A stretch of DNA of 64,000 nt from Smithellaceae bacterium (GTDB lineage: Bacteria; Desulfobacterota; Syntrophia; Syntrophales; Smithellaceae). Location of the stretch: contig CAXXVL010000002.1 in NCBI GenBank assembly GCA_963667845.2, positions 2,048,001 through 2,112,000 of the forward strand. The letters run 5' to 3'. Within the stretch, counting starts at the first letter, position 1; each line of letters begins with the position of its first letter. The position numbers and the translations under genes are program-made. Of the stretch, positions 39,060 to 46,187 are shown one piece after another. Under the pieces are notes generated by a model. It had not been told where the DNA came from and ran no database searches. It saw nothing but the letters and a program-made list of their open reading frames with translations.

Positions 39060-40679
39060 ATGATTCAAGAGCAGCTGAAACACTTTCCTCAACCGCTGAT
39101 GCAAGACCTCCTTGAAGGCCGCTGGCTGCCTATCGTCGGCGCCGGGTTTTCCGTAAATGCAATTGTGCCCGAGGGTGAACAGATGCCTCTCTGGGATGAG
39201 CTTGGCAGACGACTTGCTGCAGAGATGGAGGATTATCCTTACACCGGTCCAATTGACGCAATCTCTGCTTACGCCCATGACTATTCACGAGCAAAGCTGA
39301 TTGAAAGGCTACGTCATATTCTTCTTGTTGGACGAGCGCGACCTGGAACGGCACACGAGGCGTTTGCTGGGCTTCAATTTGACATCGTTTGCACAACTAA
39401 TTTCGACTTCCTCCTTGAACGCGCTTACGAGCTATCCCAACGTTATTGCCAACCAATAGTGGATGAGGATCAGTTATCAATTGCAGCTCAAGACTCTAGC
39501 GTTCGGTTAATTAAACTTCATGGCGATATTCATCATCCACAGCGAATGATCGTTACTGAGGATGACTATGATCTCTTTCTTGAACACTATCCCCTCGTTG
39601 CAACATATCTTGCTAGCCTCATGATCACGCGAACACCAGTCTTTATTGGTTACAGTCTTGATGATCCGGATTTTCGAATGGTCTGGCAGACTGTGACGGA
39701 GCGACTCGGTCGACTACGTAGACAGGCATATGTACTAACGGTTGGTGCCAAGCAGCCAGAACTAGCCAGATATGAGCGCCGCGGACTCAAGCCGATTAAC
39801 TTACCAGGCTCCAAACACCAGTATGGAGAAATCCTCACCAAGACATTTAAGGATTTGGGTGACTACGTACGCAGAAACATCCTTCCTATAAGTCAGGTTA
39901 CAGAGGAAGAACCTCTTCAGGAACTATCTTTGCCCGACAGTTCAGTGACACGCCTTTGTTTCTTCGCTGTACCATTTTCGATACAAGCGTTCTACAGGGA
40001 CAAAGTGTTTCCAGTAGTCAAGAGTCACGGCCTTGTGCCAATGACGGCTGAAGATGTGATTTCCCCGGGAGACAACATCACGGCAAAGATCGACGCATTG
40101 ATATCTCGATCAACAGCAGTTGTTGTCGACGCCTCTAACAAGAATACCATATACGAACTAAAACTCGCGCTTTCGCAACTCGATCCGTCTCGGGTATTGA
40201 TCGTTGTCGAAGACCCGAATGCTCTTCCTAAGGACATCCTCCGGTTCCGCTACTTGACACGTGACCGAGAAGCGCTTCTCGATCCACAGGCATTCTTGGC
40301 AGAAATAGAAGCGTGGCTCAATGGTATCTTCGCCACTGTTGAATTCACTCTGAATGAGGAGCCGCGGCGACTACTTGCAGCACATGCATACCGAGCTGCA
40401 GTCATTTCTGCCTTTTCCCTACTGGAAAGTGAATTACGGAAGCAGGTCGCACACACCGACACCCCTGAAGCAAGATACATTCCGATGTCCGCGCTTCTCT
40501 CACTTGCTGCCAAGCGCGGCAAATTGCCAGAGAACATCCAACGGAGAGTCCGGGAATGGACATCTCTTCGAAACGCGGCTGTGCATACCGATCGGCTCAT
40601 TACAGCTGTTGAAGCTAAGCGGGTTGTTACGGGGATAACAAAACTGGTCGAGACGTTGAAGAAACAGAATAAAGACTGA
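39060..40679 (+). CDS. SIR2-like domain protein with central TIR/nucleoside-deoxyribosyltransferase-like domain and C-terminal HEPN-like domain (putative anti-phage effector)
   Basis: IVGAGFS, TTNFD, IKLHG, FIGYSLDD (SIR2_2); CFFAVPF...IDALISRSTAVVVD...YEL; AAVISAFSLLE...LRNAAVH (RxxxxH). Confidence 0.85.
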   Translation: MIQEQLKHFPQPLMQDLLEGRWLPIVGAGFSVNAIVPEGEQMPLWDELGRRLAAEMEDYPYTGPIDAISAYAHDYSRAKLIERLRHILLVGRARPGTAHEAFAGLQFDIVCTTNFDFLLERAYELSQRYCQPIVDEDQLSIAAQDSSVRLIKLHGDIHHPQRMIVTEDDYDLFLEHYPLVATYLASLMITRTPVFIGYSLDDPDFRMVWQTVTERLGRLRRQAYVLTVGAKQPELARYERRGLKPINLPGSKHQYGEILTKTFKDLGDYVRRNILPISQVTEEEPLQELSLPDSSVTRLCFFAVPFSIQAFYRDKVFPVVKSHGLVPMTAEDVISPGDNITAKIDALISRSTAVVVDASNKNTIYELKLALSQLDPSRVLIVVEDPNALPKDILRFRYLTRDREALLDPQAFLAEIEAWLNGIFATVEFTLNEEPRRLLAAHAYRAAVISAFSLLESELRKQVAHTDTPEARYIPMSALLSLAAKRGKLPENIQRRVREWTSLRNAAVHTDRLITAVEAKRVVTGITKLVETLKKQNKD

Positions 40680-40716
40680 AACAAAAAAAATAAATGTGAA
40701 TGGTTTCTATTTAATC

Positions 40717-40773
40717 ATCCAATCATACGATACACCGCCCGCCGCGTCGCTTCGGGTCAGCTTTTCGTCCATA
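40717..40773 (+). other. Degenerate attC site
   Basis: ATCCAAT...CGCTTCGG-GTCAGC-TTTTC-GTCC mirrors CTTAGC-TTTTC-GTT of the intact attC; follows the SIR2 gene. Confidence 0.55.
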
Positions 40774-40926
40774 TTTTAAATTTGTGAGGTTGAAGAAATG
40801 CGGAAGAAATATTGGGATGATTTTAGAGTAGGGGATAAATTGAAAACAAATGGATTAACGGTTACTGAGACCCATATGGTTAATTTTGCGTGTCTTACAG
40901 GTGACTTTCTACCGCTGCACAGGACA

Positions 40927-42035
40927 GAACATGGGGACGCTGGTAAAAAAGTAAATTGACATGATCGATAGCTTCTGTCATATGGGCATACATGCCTAGA
41001 CAAGCTCGCCTTGACGCTCCCGGCGCATTGCATCACATCATCATCCGGGGGATAGAACGTCGCAAGATATTTTTAGATACCGCCGATTACGAAGATTTTC
41101 TTGATCGGCTGGCTAAGCTTCTTCCTGAAACCCAGACAGCATGCTATGCATGGGCGTTGCTGCCCAATCATGCTCATTTTCTATTCTGTACAGGTAAACT
41201 ACCCATTGCAACGTTGATGCGCAGGTTGCTTACGGGTTACGCGGTCAGCTTCAATCGTAGTCATGGACGTGTCGGACGCCTTTTTCAAAATCGTTATAAA
41301 TCCATCGTCTGCCAGGAAGATTCCTATTTGACTGAATTGGTCCGCTACATCCACTTAAACCCGCTCCGTGCGCATCTTGTCCATAGTATCGATGAACTGA
41401 ACGGATATGTTTATTGTGGGCATAGTGTTTTGATGGGCAGGAAAAAGAGGTCATGGCAGGGTGCAGATTATGTTCTCAGATATTTTGGCGGTACTGTGCG
41501 AAATGCCAGAAAATTGTATTTAATCTATCTGGAGGACGGTATTATCCGGGGACGGCGGGAAGATCTGACGGGTGGCGGATTAATCAGGAGCCTCGGCGGA
41601 TGGACGGAAGTCAAAAAACGTAGAGAGAAAATGTGTGATCACATGATGAGCGACGAGCGTATTCTGGGCGATGAAGCATTTGTCGATTCCATGATCGTTC
41701 AAGCTGCTGAGGCATTTGACCGCCGCTACGAATTGAAACGTCGAGGTTATGATCTTGACCGAATAGCCGGCAGAGTGGCCGATATTCTTAACATGAAGCC
41801 GGAAGATGTCTTTGCTGAGGGCAAACAAGTGATGAAGGTAAAAGCGAGAAGCCTCCTCTGCTATTGGGCCGTTCGGGAAGCCGGAATGTCGATCAGATCA
41901 GTGGCAAGGCGACTGGGCATGAGCTCCCCGGGTGTCGGCTATGCAGTTGAACGCGGAGTTGCCCTCAGTCGTGAAAATAAATTTCATTTGCTTGAATGAT
42001 TTTTACTTTTTTACCAGCGTCCCGGAGACACTCTC
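40927..42035 (+). mobile_element. HUH/Y1 transposon with perfect 22-bp subterminal inverted repeats
   Basis: GGGACGCTGGTAAAAAAGTAAA at 40934-40955 and its reverse complement at 42002-42023; interrupts maoC; no target duplication seen. Confidence 0.88.
40992..41999 (+). CDS. REP-associated tyrosine transposase-like (Y1 HUH) protein with C-terminal HTH
   Basis: HHIIIRG, LPNHAHF (HUH), LFQNRYKS, RYIHLNP (catalytic Tyr); C-terminal ARSLLCYWA...SVARRLG DnaA-C/TrpR-like HTH. Confidence 0.92.
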   Translation: MPRQARLDAPGALHHIIIRGIERRKIFLDTADYEDFLDRLAKLLPETQTACYAWALLPNHAHFLFCTGKLPIATLMRRLLTGYAVSFNRSHGRVGRLFQNRYKSIVCQEDSYLTELVRYIHLNPLRAHLVHSIDELNGYVYCGHSVLMGRKKRSWQGADYVLRYFGGTVRNARKLYLIYLEDGIIRGRREDLTGGGLIRSLGGWTEVKKRREKMCDHMMSDERILGDEAFVDSMIVQAAEAFDRRYELKRRGYDLDRIAGRVADILNMKPEDVFAEGKQVMKVKARSLLCYWAVREAGMSIRSVARRLGMSSPGVGYAVERGVALSRENKFHLLE

Positions 42036-42370
42036 AAGAAAACGATTTTCGGCGGCAGAATTGTTCATGGTCCGCTCACCTATTGTCTGGCAGTGGGCTT
42101 GGTCGGACTGACCAATTGGTACGAAGATTCCATCATCGGTTTGCTCGGGGTAGACAAGATGCGGCTGCCCCGCCCCGTAAAACCGGGCGACACGATTCAT
42201 GTCAATGTAGAGGTTATTTCAAAAAAGGAAACTTCCAAACCGGATAGGGCCGTCATTACATTGCATTACCAGGTCATGAACCAGAGAGAGGAAGAAGTCT
42301 TGTCGATGGATTACAGCATCATGATGCACCGGAGGAACAAATAAACCAAATTGTTCGCTATAAATTAATA

Positions 42371-42399
42371 TTGGCGTTATAACGTTATGGTGATATAAT
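42371..42399 (+). promoter_or_regulatory. Toxin-antitoxin promoter with overlapping palindrome
   Basis: TTGGCG-17nt-TATAAT with extended TG; CGTTATAACG palindrome at 42375-42384. Confidence 0.7.
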
Positions 42400-42425
42400 G
42401 CCATGACGTTAAAGGAGGTGATCGT

Positions 42426-42659
42426 ATGGGCACTGCAGCAATGCGGGCCACTGTATATTTGGACCCTGAATTACACAAAGCACTCAAGCTAAAGGCACTG
42501 GAAACATCTCAGTCCTTATCGAAGCTGGTCAATGATGCCATCAAGGAATCACTCGCGGAAGATGCTGAAGATATTGCAGCGTTTGAAGAAAGAGTAAGAG
42601 AGCCGCTGATCAGCTACGAAGCGATGGTCAAGAGGCTGAAAAAAGATGGCCGAATATAA
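42426..42659 (+). CDS. CopG/RHH-type antitoxin
   Basis: RATVYLDPELHKALKLKA...SLSKLVNDAI; acidic C-terminus; overlaps toxin start. Confidence 0.88.
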   Translation: MGTAAMRATVYLDPELHKALKLKALETSQSLSKLVNDAIKESLAEDAEDIAAFEERVREPLISYEAMVKRLKKDGRI

Positions 42660-42903
42660 AATTTACTTTAAAGAATCTGTTGAAAAAGATTTTCGTAAAA
42701 TTCCGAAGAAAGATCTTCAAAAGATTCTTTCCCGCATTAAGGCCCTTGCAACAGATCCGAGGCCGGCGGGGCACGAAAAACTTTCCGGGCAAGAAAAATA
42801 TCGCGTCCGTCAAGGGCGATACAGAATTATTTATTCTATTCAAGATAGAGAGCTTACTGTTTGGGTCGTAAAAGTGGGGCATCGGAAAGGTGTTTATCGA
42901 TGA
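42646..42903 (+). CDS. relE: RelE/ParE-family toxin
   Basis: L..DPRP.G.EKL.G..YRVRQGRYRIIY...VVKVGHR..VY. Confidence 0.92.
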   Translation: MAEYKIYFKESVEKDFRKIPKKDLQKILSRIKALATDPRPAGHEKLSGQEKYRVRQGRYRIIYSIQDRELTVWVVKVGHRKGVYR

Positions 42904-42921
42904 AGTGAACAGTTCGCTGTG

Positions 42922-42960
42922 GAACATGGGAACATCATAGGATGTCCCGGAGACACTCTC
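42922..42960 (+). mobile_element. 39-bp miniature derivative of the HUH transposon
   Basis: Shares GAACATGGG (40927) and GTCCCGGAGACACTCTC (42019-42035, 17/17 identical) with the full element; internal hairpin GG.ACATC-ATAG-GATGTCCC. Confidence 0.8.
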
Positions 42961-42980
42961 TTAGACATGAGAAAGATACT

Positions 42981-43364
42981 ATGAAAAAGAAAACCGTAGT
43001 GAAGACTTTGATTATTGGTACTATTCTTTTAATATTTTACCTTTTTATAGGGCATGGCTTTGTCGAATTCTATTTTGGTGGAAAAAAAGAGATACTCCAA
43101 ACTGCGGCCCTTATCAATAAGCTATGCAATGCTAACGGTTCTTGTCCTTTAACGCTGGTAAATTGGGAAGGCGAAAACGGCAGGTTAAGAAAGGGTCGAA
43201 ACCTGTACATTGCTACTCCAATTCCAGGAAGTGAGAATAATGAAAAGAGCCTCAAACCCCAATCATTCAAACTGATTTATGTGATGGCTTTTCCTCCGGA
43301 TGATTGGTTTGAGGTTCAGGGCGGCGTCGGCAAGAAAGTCACTTCAGGTTGGTCGGGTCGCTAA
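42981..43364 (+). CDS. Hypothetical membrane-anchored cassette protein
   Basis: MKKKTVVK plus hydrophobic N-terminal helix; AT-rich codons. Confidence 0.7.
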   Translation: MKKKTVVKTLIIGTILLIFYLFIGHGFVEFYFGGKKEILQTAALINKLCNANGSCPLTLVNWEGENGRLRKGRNLYIATPIPGSENNEKSLKPQSFKLIYVMAFPPDDWFEVQGGVGKKVTSGWSGR

Positions 43365-43401
43365 GATGGTTTTGAAACCCGCTAAATCAAATGAGGACGT
43401 G

Positions 43402-43459
43402 AGGGACGCCCGTAAAACAATAAATTGATATTGGGCGCGTTTCCCAAGCCCACCGTTTT
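43402..43459 (+). repeat. Transposon-end-like hairpin repeat, copy 1
   Basis: AGGGACGCCC..AAAA.AATAA.TTGAT....GGCGCGTTTCCCAA; direct repeat with 43821-43879; resembles 40934-40962. Confidence 0.8.
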
Positions 43460-43479
43460 TTCCTTATTGGACACAATGT

Positions 43480-43743
43480 ATGACTGTAACCATTTCATAT
43501 GATCCTTTTGAAAGCCTTATCGTGACTCTTCGCAATGATGGGCTTTTAAAAGAAGCCGATCTGCTTCACCAGATGATTCATAAGGTTGCCTGGACCTCGG
43601 GTTCGGAATTGATTGGCGAGCTTGGTCAGAGCATCAAGAAAATAAAAAAAGAAAATATTAATAGTCTTTCCGCCGACAGCATCAAGAATATCAAAGAATC
43701 CATGAAGATGGTCAAACGGGTCTGGCCGGATTTTCCAGGATAG
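43480..43743 (+). CDS. Hypothetical cassette protein (87 aa)
   Basis: Clean AT-rich ORF with AWTSGSELIGELG motif, followed by an attC-like site. Confidence 0.75.
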   Translation: MTVTISYDPFESLIVTLRNDGLLKEADLLHQMIHKVAWTSGSELIGELGQSIKKIKKENINSLSADSIKNIKESMKMVKRVWPDFPG

Positions 43744-43747
43744 AAAA

Positions 43748-43812
43748 AACGAACTCGCCGCTCAAGTCCATCGCAGCCCGCAGCGCCGCTTCGGATCGGC
43801 TCATCGATCATA
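43748..43812 (+). other. Degenerate attC site
   Basis: AACGAAC-5nt-GCTCAAG (L'' identical to the intact attC)...CGCTTCGG-ATCGGC-5nt-GAT; same 65-bp length. Confidence 0.65.
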
Positions 43813-43820
43813 AGCTTCGC

Positions 43821-43879
43821 AGGGACGCCCACAAAAATAATAAGTTGATGTCCGGCGCGTTTCCCAAATGCGCCGTTTT
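43821..43879 (+). repeat. Transposon-end-like hairpin repeat, copy 2
   Basis: Direct repeat of 43402-43459. Confidence 0.8.
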
Positions 43880-43950
43880 GTCTCAGGCCAGCAACTTCTT
43901 CTCTCCGCTGTGCCTTATGGTCATCTTATTATAGTTTGCGGGCGAAGCTG

Positions 43951-45825
43951 TCACTCGTCAATGCTCAAGCCGACCGTGACCCCGTAGCCGTCCTGCAACG
44001 CTGATGTGTTGGCCATGACAACATAAATTTCGGTGATGCTTCCGCCGAAATCATTGTAAGCAATTTGCCTCTGGGTGCCGCTTGTCACGTCTTCGGGCGT
44101 TCCCGCGGGCTGAAGAACACCGCCTACCCTCTTGAAGGCGACGAGGCGAATTCGCCCGTTGGCCAGACCGGGTGCAGAATTGACGCTGACGTCCAATGTA
44201 AATGTATTTCCGGCACTGCCGGCAAACCGGAGAATCGCCACCTTGCCGGAGACGCGCAGCATCGTGAAGGACCGGCTTGCCGATGTGGCACTGGTAACCG
44301 GTATGATGGTCACGCCCTGATTTCCCGCTTCTTCTGCATCGGCAATATTCAGAGGCGATCCCGCGGTACGCGAGGCGAGATTCAGGAATTTGTCCTTATT
44401 AAAAATGGTCCCGGCGATGAAATAATCGTAGTAGAAGTCCCAGTACAGCCCGTCCGGGCCTGATAAGGTCTTGCCGATGCCGATTGTGGCAGTCGCCGCC
44501 GTGTCGATATTGGTCATATTTATTTTTTCTTTACCCGGGTTGTTGGCGTAAAACGTCTGGAAGAAATCTTTGAAGGATGCGGCGCCGTATTTCGCCAGCA
44601 GATACGAGATAAACGGGAAGTGTACATATTCGTAATCGTCGTTGTCCGGGATGGAAAATTCATCGCTGTCGAGGCGCATGTCGAAATCGCCCATGTACGT
44701 GTCCGCCAGGGTGTAAATGGTGCCGAGCCCCCTCAAGATGTAATAGCCGATGGCGTCGGCCATGGTTTCATCAAACCAGCTCATCCCGTCATCATGGTTG
44801 TTGCCGAAGTACCGCAAGGTTTTATACTGCACGAGGTGGACGAATTCGTGATAGCAGGTGTGCGCGAGATCCTCGCTGGGCGTCTCACCCGGCTGCACGT
44901 AGATGTTATTGCCGTCGTCCGCCCTGGCGTAGGCATCGTCCTGCTCCTCAAATTCAACCGGCCAGGTTTTCTTGTATCCGGACCGGGAGCTGGGTCCCGG
45001 TTTCATGAAGCCCATGTCCACGATGATTCGCTGATAAGCGTTTTCCATGTAACCGGAAACGGCCTGGGCCTGGGCCAGATCGCCCGCCTGATAATATTGG
45101 ATGGTAAAATGTTCGCTTACGACATATTTTGCCTTGGCCGTGCCGTCTGCTTTGGCGACATTGGCAGTGATGTTTGCCCCGGTGGCAGAGCTTGTACTTG
45201 CACTCAAGCCGACCACTTTCATGGCGACAAACTCCGATATGGTCATGCTGTCTTTTTTAACGCCCGGTTTGGGATTGGGGGCTTGTTTTGCAGGATTTGC
45301 ACTGTATATCCGGGTTCCGAAAGGCAGAATCATCTCCAGCGTCGAGGATACGACCTGGCGGACAGGATCATAGACAGCAGGGGTTTCGCTCCAGGCATAA
45401 CCCGTCCAGACGACCAGCCGGATGCTGTCGGGGTCAAACCCCAGGGGATTGATTTTGAATTCTATGGTTGCTGAATCCGACAATTCCAAAAGCTGCAGAG
45501 GTGTAGTCGCGGAGAGGACGTAAATACCCGTCATGTCTATCAGCGCCGGGTCCTGCTTGCTGTTCGAGACGAATGCTTTCGATATCTTCAGCTGCACGTC
45601 AGCGGGCAAAATGCCGGCCGGGAAGATGGCTGTAAATTCATCGTAGGTGATTGTCCCGCCCCCGCCTGAAGTTATGTTTTTTGTGGCCGCCGACAGTTCG
45701 GTCATTCGCGAGATGTCCGTGGAGACGGGCGATGTTGCGGCCGATGAACAGCCGAACAGGAAGGCAAGAGGGGCAAGCAAAAACAAGAATTTAAAAATCC
45801 CGGTGTGCTTTGAAATGTTCATCAT
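43951..45825 (-). CDS. Lipoprotein with HEXXH zinc-metallopeptidase domain
   Basis: Lipobox LFGC; CYHEFVHLVQ...WFDE gluzincin-like pattern. Confidence 0.78.
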   Translation of the reverse strand: MMNISKHTGIFKFLFLLAPLAFLFGCSSAATSPVSTDISRMTELSAATKNITSGGGGTITYDEFTAIFPAGILPADVQLKISKAFVSNSKQDPALIDMTGIYVLSATTPLQLLELSDSATIEFKINPLGFDPDSIRLVVWTGYAWSETPAVYDPVRQVVSSTLEMILPFGTRIYSANPAKQAPNPKPGVKKDSMTISEFVAMKVVGLSASTSSATGANITANVAKADGTAKAKYVVSEHFTIQYYQAGDLAQAQAVSGYMENAYQRIIVDMGFMKPGPSSRSGYKKTWPVEFEEQDDAYARADDGNNIYVQPGETPSEDLAHTCYHEFVHLVQYKTLRYFGNNHDDGMSWFDETMADAIGYYILRGLGTIYTLADTYMGDFDMRLDSDEFSIPDNDDYEYVHFPFISYLLAKYGAASFKDFFQTFYANNPGKEKINMTNIDTAATATIGIGKTLSGPDGLYWDFYYDYFIAGTIFNKDKFLNLASRTAGSPLNIADAEEAGNQGVTIIPVTSATSASRSFTMLRVSGKVAILRFAGSAGNTFTLDVSVNSAPGLANGRIRLVAFKRVGGVLQPAGTPEDVTSGTQRQIAYNDFGGSITEIYVVMANTSALQDGYGVTVGLSIDE

Positions 45826-46187
45826 GATTACCTCGGCTCTGAAGTGTATGATCGGTTGATGTGCGGTGCGGAAATCTTTTCGAAGGAGATGGGGGTATAT
45901 AACGTCTGATATCCACGCTGGCCGCCTTTGAAAATGATTTTAAAGAGTGATCCTGCATGCGCCATTCACGGTAGTGTCTGGGGAGTTCATATAATATGAA
46001 TTTCCGGCCGAGTCAACAGATTACAGGGTGTAGAGCAGAAATCGAGAGTCCCTTTGCGGGAGGTGGGATTTGAAAGCGTCAAGATCAAGAACATCGGGTT
46101 GAACTTTCCGGAAACTTTGCGGCTTCGGCAAAGGATTGCATTGAAATCGGGGTTAAAAAAGTCTATGAAAAAGGCGAAGGGATTCTC

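Larger units (their letters stand above)
40798..42344 (+). pseudogene. MaoC-like dehydratase split by transposon insertion
   Basis: N-part 40798-40920 MRKKYWDDFRVGD...TGDFLPLH; C-part 42036-42344 KKTIFGGRIVHG...PVKPGDTIHV...RNK*. Confidence 0.9.

Noticed and set aside
43402..43879. CRISPR array
   Set aside because: Only two imperfect ~58-bp copies separated by a whole gene; no regular spacers and no cas genes.
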